DNA of 64,000 nucleotides from an uncultured Lachnoclostridium sp. GTDB taxonomy: Bacteria > Bacillota > Clostridia > Lachnospirales > Lachnospiraceae. The stretch is taken from the NCBI GenBank assembly GCA_964584255.1, contig CAZOZM010000001.1, positions 147,282 to 211,281 on the forward strand. The letters are read 5' to 3'. Shown in pieces: positions 7,528 to 16,130 of this stretch. The notes below the pieces were generated by a model, which was not told the origin of the DNA, made no database searches, and saw only the letters and a program-made list of their open reading frames with translations. The position numbers and the translations under genes are program-made. Each line of letters opens with the position of its first letter. Within the stretch, counting starts at the first letter, position 1.

Positions 7528-10029
7528 ATGCAGTTTAAACGAAGAAAAGATAAAAAGCTTTTTCAGGAACATGTGGTTTCAGGAATTTTTCTTGATGACT
7601 TCGGTGAAACAAAAAAAAGCTATAAACATACAGTTTCAAAATGTCTTTGGAATGCTTTGCTTACATTTTTACTGGTATTTGGTATTACCGGTTTATTTGT
7701 CGATTCGTTAGACATTCCATGTATTCTATTGGTAATCGGTATCATTCAGCTTGCTTTGGCTCTATATTTTTCCTTTCTTTATTTAAACAGCATTACATTC
7801 AATCTTGGATATATTTTTATGCTGTTTGTCATTATTTTCATCATATCATCCATGTATATGATTGTTAACAGCGGTTTTAGTGCGATTCTCAATCTAATAA
7901 TCATAAAGGTTGACGAGGTAATGAATCTTCCTTACCTGAGAGAGTTTAATGAGTTTTTTACAAACAGATATATTTCAACAACAGCCTGCATCGGTCTGAT
8001 AAGTATTTTATTTACATGTCTTGTAAATATGTTTATCTCCAGACGTAAGAGCTTTTTAGGACTCATTATATTTCTTTTGCCCTTGTTTGAATTGTCAATA
8101 TATCTTAGTGACGACTTCAACATCCTTTATCCCCTTATTATGCTCTTTGCACTTCTTTTGTACATTATTACAAAATCCGGCGACGCAACACCGGGAGAGT
8201 ACAAGAAAAAAACAAAGAATTACAACATTTCATCAGGTGTTTTATATTTGCACAATGATAAAATAGAACGTGGAAGCAGCATTGTTTTCGCAGCTCTAAT
8301 TTCTGCAGGCGTTCTTTTCTTTTCATTTATTGCATTTACATTTGTTTCATCGCTATATATTTCTTCTTCGTCTTCACTCAAAGCTAAATCCGATGTGTTG
8401 GTTTATAACCTTGCCTGGAGGGGATTGGAATCTCTTTTCAATAAAAACAATAATCAGGTGGGTGGAATGCAAAACGGTTCCTTCGGCAATGTCAGCTCAA
8501 TTTCATTTGACGGAGAGACCGACCTGGAAGTTTCTTTTGTTCCTGTTTCTTCTGATCCGGTCTATATCAGAAGTTTTGTTGCCGATTATTATGACAATGA
8601 GGATCGACACTGGTCAGATACCACATCCGAACATAAAGAAGAGTATTTCTCAGATGGAGAGGATGAGTATACCTGCACATACAAGGCTTTATCCGAAAAA
8701 GATACTGAATATAAATTCGGTACCGGAAGAATCATCATTTCCAATGTAGCTGCCGGTAATTCCGTAAAATATCACCCATATTACATTTCATATGCCAATT
8801 CTCTGGTACTTTCCTCAATGGGAAATGAGAATGTTTATAATTACAGTACATCTTTATACGATATTTACGAGCTTAGCGAAATGTCCGAAGAACTGGGTAT
8901 AGCCGCCGGATATAATACCGGATTTGCGATGGATTACTATCTGCAGGTACCTGAGAGTATTCGAGATGACCTTGAAACATTTTGTAATGAAAATGATTTT
9001 GAAGGGGATACAGTTGAAATAATAGAACAGATACAGTATTTTTTCGCAAGTAACTATCAATATACTCTGAGTCCTGGCGTAACTCCTGAGGACGAAGATT
9101 ATGTATTGTATTTCCTTAATGAGCAGAAAAAAGGAATCTGTGTGCATTTTGCTTCATCAGCCTGCCTTTTACTTCGTACAATGGGAATTCCGGCAAGATA
9201 TGTCGAGGGTTACAGCTTTGACTCATCGATCTTTTCGGATGCTGTCTTATATGAAGACCCAAATCGCTTTACAAAAGAACAGTGGTATGACGGATATTCG
9301 GAAATCAAGTTTACAAATCCGGTTTCGGCAGACCTGACGGATGCAAATGCTCATGCATGGGTAGAAGTCTATTTCGAGGGTTTCGGATGGGTTCCTGTTG
9401 AATTTACCGTTGGACAAAATGACTCTGAAACACCCGGCAGACTTGAAGAATTACTTAATTCTCTTGGACAATCCTCCGGGGGAAATCAGGCTGTAAATGC
9501 CCTCAATGCCATTCAAAATCTTGCAGATTCAAATGCTGTAAAGGCAATAAAAAGCTTTTTCACTTCCGCATTAATGAGTTTTACAGGATTTGTCATCAGT
9601 GCGATTCTTGTGATTCTGTTAATCAGGAAACTGCTTTTAAATCTAAGAATATATTACTTAAGAAGTGCCAAACGTACTCTTTATCAGTACAGGGAACTTG
9701 TCAAAATGCTCGCTGCATTAAAACCGAAATACCGTTCTTATGAGGATTCAGATGATATGCCCGGCGAGGAGGTTTATTCTGCACAGGCAGTAAAAAACGT
9801 ATTGACAAATCATTTTGAGTTTGACTGTAATACGGTTGATAATTATATTAACCATTATTTACAGCTTAATTTCAGTAATCAGATCATTGTTGATATAGAA
9901 ATGATTACTGATATATACAGGCAGTTAATATGTCAGCTTATTTCCCGTTTGAAAATATATGACAGGTTGAAATACAGTCTGCATTTTTTTACATTCAGAC
10001 GAAAAAACATTAATGGAAAAGGAGATTAA
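7528..10029 (+). CDS. Polytopic membrane transglutaminase-like protein (TgpA-like), paralog 1
   Basis: AGGAGA RBS before the ATG at 7528; N-terminal multi-TM block; core KKGICVHFASSACLLLRTMGIPARYVEGY ... NAHAWVEVYFEGFGWVPVEFT; further TM plus cytoplasmic tail. Confidence 0.85.
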   Translation: MQFKRRKDKKLFQEHVVSGIFLDDFGETKKSYKHTVSKCLWNALLTFLLVFGITGLFVDSLDIPCILLVIGIIQLALALYFSFLYLNSITFNLGYIFMLFVIIFIISSMYMIVNSGFSAILNLIIIKVDEVMNLPYLREFNEFFTNRYISTTACIGLISILFTCLVNMFISRRKSFLGLIIFLLPLFELSIYLSDDFNILYPLIMLFALLLYIITKSGDATPGEYKKKTKNYNISSGVLYLHNDKIERGSSIVFAALISAGVLFFSFIAFTFVSSLYISSSSSLKAKSDVLVYNLAWRGLESLFNKNNNQVGGMQNGSFGNVSSISFDGETDLEVSFVPVSSDPVYIRSFVADYYDNEDRHWSDTTSEHKEEYFSDGEDEYTCTYKALSEKDTEYKFGTGRIIISNVAAGNSVKYHPYYISYANSLVLSSMGNENVYNYSTSLYDIYELSEMSEELGIAAGYNTGFAMDYYLQVPESIRDDLETFCNENDFEGDTVEIIEQIQYFFASNYQYTLSPGVTPEDEDYVLYFLNEQKKGICVHFASSACLLLRTMGIPARYVEGYSFDSSIFSDAVLYEDPNRFTKEQWYDGYSEIKFTNPVSADLTDANAHAWVEVYFEGFGWVPVEFTVGQNDSETPGRLEELLNSLGQSSGGNQAVNALNAIQNLADSNAVKAIKSFFTSALMSFTGFVISAILVILLIRKLLLNLRIYYLRSAKRTLYQYRELVKMLAALKPKYRSYEDSDDMPGEEVYSAQAVKNVLTNHFEFDCNTVDNYINHYLQLNFSNQIIVDIEMITDIYRQLICQLISRLKIYDRLKYSLHFFTFRRKNINGKGD

Positions 10030-10030
10030 C

Positions 10031-10990
10031 ATGATAAAAACAACAGAAAGAACAACTCAGACTCAAATGAATTCAGAGGTAAAACTTATCCTTCAGGAAG
10101 TAAAAAAAGTTCTTAAGGGTAAAGACTCAATAATTCTTACAACATTAACGGCAATGCTTGCAGGGGGACATATCCTGCTAGAAGATATTCCGGGGGTTGG
10201 TAAAACAACACTTGCTGTATCATTAAGCAAATGTATGTCAATGGACTATAGAAGAGTTCAGTTTACACCCGATGTTCTTCCCAGTGATCTTGTAGGATTC
10301 AATATGTACAACAACAAAACGGGACTTTTTGAATATCGTGAAGGAAGTGTATATTGCAATTTCCTCCTTGCTGATGAAATCAACCGAACATCTCCTAAAA
10401 CTCAGTCCGCTCTTTTGGAAGTTATGGAAGAGGGAAAAGCCACTGTTGACGGTGTGACAAGAAAACTTCCGACACCTTTTATTGTTCTTGCCACTCAGAA
10501 TCCATTTGGTTCAGCAGGAACTCAGAAGCTTCCCGAATCTCAGCTTGACAGATTTATGATATGCACAACTTTAGGATATCCGTCACATGAAGCAGCAGTT
10601 TCAATTCTGACTTCAAATGTTTCTGAAAGAGCAGAAGTTAATCCCGTAATGTCCATCAATGATTTCCTTATGTTACAAAAGGAAGTTGAAAAGGTTTATG
10701 TTGACAATTCCATAGCTGAATTTGTAGCCGGATTCTGTGAAAATACCAGAGAACACGAACTGGTAAATCTCGGAGTAAGTCCTAGAGGAAGTATTGCTCT
10801 TTTAAAAATGGCTAAGGCAACTGCGTTTATTAAATGCAGGAATTATGTAATTCCGGATGATGTAATTAATAACCTTTTACCTGTCTGCGGCCATCGAATT
10901 GTTCTTTCGCCAAGAGCAAAATCAGCTAAAAAGAATATTAAAGATGTAATTAAGGAAGTTCTTAATGTAACTCCTTTACCAAAGATGTAA
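10031..10990 (+). CDS. MoxR-family AAA+ ATPase
   Basis: Walker A DIPGVGKTT, Walker B LLADEINR, TQNP sensor region, ESQLDRF. AAGGAGA RBS before the ATG at 10031. Confidence 0.9.
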   Translation: MIKTTERTTQTQMNSEVKLILQEVKKVLKGKDSIILTTLTAMLAGGHILLEDIPGVGKTTLAVSLSKCMSMDYRRVQFTPDVLPSDLVGFNMYNNKTGLFEYREGSVYCNFLLADEINRTSPKTQSALLEVMEEGKATVDGVTRKLPTPFIVLATQNPFGSAGTQKLPESQLDRFMICTTLGYPSHEAAVSILTSNVSERAEVNPVMSINDFLMLQKEVEKVYVDNSIAEFVAGFCENTREHELVNLGVSPRGSIALLKMAKATAFIKCRNYVIPDDVINNLLPVCGHRIVLSPRAKSAKKNIKDVIKEVLNVTPLPKM

Positions 10991-11000
10991 CGGAGGAGCC

Positions 11001-12053
11001 ATGAAGGTTAATATAAAATCACTAATTTCATATATTATTCTTTTGGCACTGTTTATCTTTCTCTTTTGGTTTAACAGAAGAAGAGTAATTCTTTTCTTTG
11101 TAGTCGCCCTGCTTATATTTCCGGTATTCAGCTTTGTACTCTTAAAAAAGAGTTTCCGACTTCCGGCATGCAGACTTTTTCCCGAAGAATCTTCTCAAAT
11201 CGAAGGCGAAAAGAATAAAATCTTTTTTGAAATGAAGTATGACGGTTTCTTTCCGTTTTCAAAAATAGATGTAAGATATTCAATTAAACATCGCAATGAA
11301 GAAAAAAAGGTTTCTGTGGAAGACTCATACAGTATTTTCCATGGTACAAGAACCAACAGCCTTGGAATAACACTTGAATATTGTGGAATATATGAGGTAG
11401 AAACAGAGTATATTATATTCAATGATTTCCTTGGCATATTGGGACGAAAGCACACATTAAATCCCAAAACCGATATTTGTGTAATGCCAAAAACAGTGGA
11501 ATTTCCGGAAAGTATAATAGCCAGAACGCTTGATGACGATAATGATTATGAAACCGATCCGACTGCAGGAGAGGATGTTTCAGAAATCAGAGAATTCAGA
11601 GAATATAGAGACGGCGACAGACTTTCACAGATTCACTGGAAACTGAGCACAAAATCTGAAGATTTAATTGTCAAAGAATATGAAAAACAGGCCGGTGTCT
11701 GTGTTGCAATCGGATGTGATGGTTCATTTAATAATCTTTTGCATGGAACTCACTATTACGAGATTTTGTATTCACTCGGCCGTAAACTATTACAGGAAGA
11801 GATTTTTTTCGAAATCTCGTATATCAGCAGTCTTACTGATGAACCTGTAACTTCTCTCGTCAACAACACATATGACTTATGTCTTGTAATTCAAAACATG
11901 TTTTATTACATGAAGCAAAGCAGTATTGAAGAACTTGAGGAATATATTAATTTAAGAATGGGGAAAAACAAGCTTTTCTTTATTACCACTTTAGATGCAG
12001 ATTCTGAAAAGAATACCATATACCAATATGAAGGGGTTAGAGTTATAGCTTAA
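11001..12053 (+). CDS. DUF58 domain protein (MoxR partner)
   Basis: Two N-terminal TMs; DUF58 signature REYRDGDRLSQIHWKLSTKSEDLIVKEYE. Confidence 0.85.
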   Translation: MKVNIKSLISYIILLALFIFLFWFNRRRVILFFVVALLIFPVFSFVLLKKSFRLPACRLFPEESSQIEGEKNKIFFEMKYDGFFPFSKIDVRYSIKHRNEEKKVSVEDSYSIFHGTRTNSLGITLEYCGIYEVETEYIIFNDFLGILGRKHTLNPKTDICVMPKTVEFPESIIARTLDDDNDYETDPTAGEDVSEIREFREYRDGDRLSQIHWKLSTKSEDLIVKEYEKQAGVCVAIGCDGSFNNLLHGTHYYEILYSLGRKLLQEEIFFEISYISSLTDEPVTSLVNNTYDLCLVIQNMFYYMKQSSIEELEEYINLRMGKNKLFFITTLDADSEKNTIYQYEGVRVIA

Positions 12054-12061
12054 GATTTATT

Positions 12062-14650
12062 ATGGGGCGAAAAAATAAGGAGTTAGAAAAAGACAATATA
12101 AAGAATTCCATCATCTGTATGGATTCCCTTGTTCTCGAAAAAAAAGACATAAAATCTGTTAAGAAATCTTATTTTCTTAATTCGCTTATTGCCTTTTTTT
12201 TCATTGCCGGAATATCCGGCCTGATGATAAATTCATTTGAATTTGAATGCCGAACAGGATTTCTTATTTTTATTGCCTTTATTCTTTCATTTATTATCAG
12301 TTTTTCTTACTACAACAGGGCAATTGTTCTGACGGTTCATTCTTCACTTACTGTGCTGATAATAGCATATATAGCGGTAAATATTCAGGAGTTATACTAC
12401 GGGATCAATTCTGTTATTAACATCCTTATCCGTTCCGTAAATGCTGTAATGTCACTGCCATTTGTACGAACATATGATGAGGATTTTTCTTCACGGACAT
12501 CTAATATAACAGCTTTTTTTCTGGTGATTATCTTTGTCATGTCAATACTTTATTGTTTTGCCCTGGCAAAAGGGAGAGTATTACTTTTGACAACAGTCAT
12601 CACATTGTTGATACTTGAATTCTCAACCTACCTTCATAATGATATTAGTCTGATTTATCCGTCTATGATAATTCTTGCCTGCATACTTATCCTTTTAAAA
12701 AAGTATGCCAATACGATACCTTTTTCTTTAAAAAAGAGATTAAAATCTTTTCGTATAGACAGAAAACAAATACACTTATTCAATACTGATTTAAAACTGA
12801 AATCGATATTGTGTACGGCACTTTTTGTATTTCTTCTGTCATTTACTGTTTTTAAAGCTGTTAACTTTATTGTATCCGATAAGTTTTATTCAACGAATTC
12901 ACCTTTAAAAAACATAACTGATCAGTATGTTTATATGGTTGCCTGGAAAGGTTTTGACAACTTAAAAAACGGTGATGACATGGAAAACACCGGAGGTCTT
13001 AACAATGGTACATTTGGTAATGTCAGAGAGATAATATACGATAATAAGACTGATCTAACCGTAACTTTTGTACCTACTTCAAGGAATCCGGTTTATATTC
13101 CAACCTTTATGGGCGATACCTACGATCCGGATAATCGCAAATGGACAAGCAGCAACGCCTATTTATCGTCAAATGCTTATAATTCGGTATATCTGAGTAC
13201 TTGTGAATCGGTTAAGAGTCTAATCAAATATAAAAAAACTACTATAGACGGTTCAATTGAAGATCTTGAACCTGAGAATGTCAAGGTTGGAGAGGGAACC
13301 ATGTTGATAAAAAACATTTCCGTATCTGATGGCATTCTGCCTTTGCCTTATTATACTGTTGACAATGACGATTTCCACAAAATTGGCATAGACGAAGAAA
13401 GAATGTTAGACTATGTCACAACTCAATATACTTACTCCGAAATAGCCGAACTCATAAAAGAACATAGAAATCTGCTAAATAACTATGACTATAATTATAA
13501 CTATGGTTATTCGGATTACTACAATAATGATACGAGTAAGTATTTAAAGCTTTCGAATGAACAATACAGAATACTTGAGAGGTTCTGTCAAAGAAACAAT
13601 ATTTCCGGTTCTACAACTGATGTAATCAATCAAATTCGAGAGTTATTTGCTGAAGAATACAGTTATACACTTTCTCCTGGAACAACACCGGATGGTGCTG
13701 ATTTTGTCAGTTATTTTCTAAACGAGCAGAAGAGTGGATTTTGTGTTCATTTTGCATCCGCTGCATGTCTTTTATTACGTTACAACAATATTCCTGCCAG
13801 ATATGTGGAAGGGTATTTAATTAATAATGAAGCTTACAAGTCTTCAAAGTCAGTTGAATTGGAGGAGGATGAATCTTTTGACGATTATTATGATGGTTAC
13901 TCTGACCTCTCTACAAAAATGATAACCGTCGAGTTACCGGATTCCAACGCGCATGCATGGGTTGAAATATATATAAATGGTTTCGGATGGATTCCTGTGG
14001 AATTTACCGTTGGCTATTACAATGATACTCCAGGTGATGTAAATACAACAATCAACAATGCAACAGGAAGTATGTATGACAAATTAAAAAATACAGATTT
14101 AGTTGCATATTTGATTGACAGATACACCTATATTTCAGGAAAACTTAAATTTATCATTCCGTGCTGTATTATCATAATAGCCATAATATATAAGTTTGTT
14201 ATGAATTACAGGCTGTATTATGCTCCTGATGAAGTCTGTGCAAAAAACCAGTACAATCTTATTTTGAAAACAGTCAGGAAAGAACTGCAAAAAAAGAAGG
14301 GATTCTGTTACGACAGGGTTATAACACATGAAAAACTCATAGTGCTTTTAAAAAAGGAATTTGCAATGAATGATGGAAATACCATAAGACTTATAAGAGG
14401 CTACGAAGAGTTCCTGTTTTATGACAGACATCGAATTCGACTTGGACGTATAAATGAGCGTTTTTACACGTTTATAGAATCGTTTTCTGCAAATTGTAAT
14501 ATTTTAAAAAGGTTCCTTTTAAGATTCGGATGTTTCAAGTTCTTTAAATATACAGATCCGCGTATAAGGAAACTTATTAATGCTTTTGTTAAAATCATTT
14601 CCAAGCCAATTAAAATAATACAACGATTAAAGAAAAATACATCCACGTAA
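12062..14650 (+). CDS. Polytopic membrane transglutaminase-like protein, paralog 2
   Basis: Same architecture as 7528..10029, with colinear blocks: VYMVAWKGF..GTFGNV..TVTFVPTSRNPVYI; KSGFCVHFASAACLLLR..IPARYVEGY; NAHAWVEIYINGFGWIPVEFT. Confidence 0.85.
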   Translation: MGRKNKELEKDNIKNSIICMDSLVLEKKDIKSVKKSYFLNSLIAFFFIAGISGLMINSFEFECRTGFLIFIAFILSFIISFSYYNRAIVLTVHSSLTVLIIAYIAVNIQELYYGINSVINILIRSVNAVMSLPFVRTYDEDFSSRTSNITAFFLVIIFVMSILYCFALAKGRVLLLTTVITLLILEFSTYLHNDISLIYPSMIILACILILLKKYANTIPFSLKKRLKSFRIDRKQIHLFNTDLKLKSILCTALFVFLLSFTVFKAVNFIVSDKFYSTNSPLKNITDQYVYMVAWKGFDNLKNGDDMENTGGLNNGTFGNVREIIYDNKTDLTVTFVPTSRNPVYIPTFMGDTYDPDNRKWTSSNAYLSSNAYNSVYLSTCESVKSLIKYKKTTIDGSIEDLEPENVKVGEGTMLIKNISVSDGILPLPYYTVDNDDFHKIGIDEERMLDYVTTQYTYSEIAELIKEHRNLLNNYDYNYNYGYSDYYNNDTSKYLKLSNEQYRILERFCQRNNISGSTTDVINQIRELFAEEYSYTLSPGTTPDGADFVSYFLNEQKSGFCVHFASAACLLLRYNNIPARYVEGYLINNEAYKSSKSVELEEDESFDDYYDGYSDLSTKMITVELPDSNAHAWVEIYINGFGWIPVEFTVGYYNDTPGDVNTTINNATGSMYDKLKNTDLVAYLIDRYTYISGKLKFIIPCCIIIIAIIYKFVMNYRLYYAPDEVCAKNQYNLILKTVRKELQKKKGFCYDRVITHEKLIVLLKKEFAMNDGNTIRLIRGYEEFLFYDRHRIRLGRINERFYTFIESFSANCNILKRFLLRFGCFKFFKYTDPRIRKLINAFVKIISKPIKIIQRLKKNTST

Positions 14651-14727
14651 AAACATAACGGATTCTGCACAACCGACCATCTGATTACCATAAATTTGTA
14701 TCAGAATTTTTACATTCTAATCTGCAG

Positions 14728-14770
14728 CCAAGTCATTCTGCACATACAACATATCAGTTGAATGACTTGG
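14728..14770. repeat. Inverted repeat (11-bp arms, 21-nt spacer)
   Basis: CCAAGTCATTC (14728-14738) pairs with GAATGACTTGG (14760-14770). Confidence 0.6.
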
Positions 14771-14794
14771 TCAGATTAAAACATATTCTGTAAG

Positions 14795-14826
14795 TATATA
14801 CGTAATAAACCTTTATTACGTATATA
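14795..14826. repeat. Perfect 32-bp AT-rich palindrome (15-2-15)
   Basis: TATATACGTAATAAA CC TTTATTACGTATATA, read directly from the sequence. Confidence 0.9.
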
Positions 14827-14860
14827 GTGTATGCAAGAGCAGAAAAGTACAAAATCAAAC

Positions 14861-14888
14861 TATCGGAAAAATATCAGTTTTTCCGATA
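14861..14888. other. Candidate Xer-type recombination (dif-like) site: 11-6-11 perfect palindrome
   Basis: TATCGGAAAAA TATCAG TTTTTCCGATA; 28 bp with the arm/spacer geometry of dif sites; ends 8 bp before the -35 of the recombinase promoter. Confidence 0.45.
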
Positions 14889-14895
14889 AATAGTA

Positions 14896-14924
14896 TTGAA
14901 AAAGCCTTTCACACATGCTAAAAT
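14896..14924 (+). promoter_or_regulatory. Putative promoter of the recombinase gene
   Basis: TTGAAA - 17 nt - TAAAAT, about 30 nt upstream of the start at 14954. Confidence 0.4.
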
Positions 14925-14953
14925 ACTTATATCAGAATTTGGAGGTTTATACT

Positions 14954-16024
14954 ATGGGTAAGGATTCAGAATATTATAAGGAAAAAAGCTACCTTCAGAA
15001 GCTAAAACTTAGCGAACTTTCGGAACAGCTGCCTGAATTTGCAAGACTTTTCCTTATTGATAAACGATATCGTACTCAAACAAGTACATTAATTTCCTAT
15101 AGCTATGATATCCTTACTTTTTATCAGTTTCTTATCGAGAAAAACCCTTTATATAAAAATTATAAGCCCAAGGATTTTACGTATGATGATATGAAACGCA
15201 TAAATTCTTTAGATGTACTGGAATACCAACAGTATCTTGAGTTTAATGCAGCTAATGAAAATAATACTGCTCATGAAAATGGAAAACGCTCCATTGCAAA
15301 AAAAATGGCAGCTTTACGTGGTATGTTTCAGTATCATTTCGAAAATGGCAATATTGAGTCTAATCCAATGATGCTCGTCAAACTTCCTAAAATAAAGAAG
15401 GACAAAAATATTATCCGACTAAATCCGGATGAAATTGCTGACATATTAAATTGTGTTGAAAATGTCGGAGGAACCACTTCTGACCACATGAACAAATTTC
15501 GTAATAAAACAAAACTCAGAGATTTAGCAATTCTTACATTATTGCTTGGTACCGGGATGCGTGTATCTGAGTGTGCCGGCCTTGATTTAAATGATGTTAA
15601 TTTTAACGAGAATTCCGTTGTGCTTGTAAGAAAAGGCGGCGGACAGGATGTGATTTATTTTGGCGATGAAATTGCTAATGCACTGTTGAATTATATTGAA
15701 AATGAACGCTGTGCGATTAACCCATGCGAAGGACATGAAAATGCACTTTTTTACAGTATGCAATCTAAACGTATGAGCGTAGATGCAATTGAAAACCTGG
15801 TAAAAAAATATGGCAAACTTGCAGTACCAAATAAGAAACTTACTCCACATAAATTACGGAGTACATATGGCACGGCACTCTATAGGGAAACCGGCGACAT
15901 AAGACTTGTGGCTGATGTTTTGGGCCACGAAAACATCAACACTACCGTAAATTATTATGCCGCAATTGAAGATGAACATAAACGAAAAGCTGCAGGGGCT
16001 GTTAAAATGCGAAAAGACAAATAA
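14954..16024 (+). CDS. Tyrosine site-specific recombinase, XerS/Xer-like (356 aa)
   Basis: GGAGG RBS before the ATG at 14954. Catalytic residues are visible: R in TGMRVSE, K in VRKGGG, HKLR, LGH, and Y in VNYY. The block RDLAILTLLLGTGMRVSECAGLDLNDVN...VRKGGG resembles XerS as I recall it. Confidence 0.85.
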   Translation: MGKDSEYYKEKSYLQKLKLSELSEQLPEFARLFLIDKRYRTQTSTLISYSYDILTFYQFLIEKNPLYKNYKPKDFTYDDMKRINSLDVLEYQQYLEFNAANENNTAHENGKRSIAKKMAALRGMFQYHFENGNIESNPMMLVKLPKIKKDKNIIRLNPDEIADILNCVENVGGTTSDHMNKFRNKTKLRDLAILTLLLGTGMRVSECAGLDLNDVNFNENSVVLVRKGGGQDVIYFGDEIANALLNYIENERCAINPCEGHENALFYSMQSKRMSVDAIENLVKKYGKLAVPNKKLTPHKLRSTYGTALYRETGDIRLVADVLGHENINTTVNYYAAIEDEHKRKAAGAVKMRKDK

Positions 16025-16058
16025 AAATCCTGCTGGTATTTGCAACTTTATAAATTAA

Positions 16059-16118
16059 TAACGGACAGATTCATTCTGTACACTTGAAATGTTGTCAGTA
16101 CAGTAAATCTGTCCGTTA
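16059..16118. terminator. Bidirectional hairpin at the convergent gene junction
   Basis: 13-bp arms TAACGGACAGATT / AATCTGTCCGTTA, with an inner CTGTAC/GTACAG pairing. Confidence 0.6.
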
Positions 16119-16130
16119 AAACTAAAATAT

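Noticed and set aside
14954-16024. The tyrosine recombinase as a phage or ICE integrase marking a mobile element.
   Set aside because: There are no phage, conjugation or cargo genes on either side (transglutaminase operon upstream, miaB downstream). No direct repeats flank it and no tRNA is adjacent. The Xer-like housekeeping interpretation fits better.
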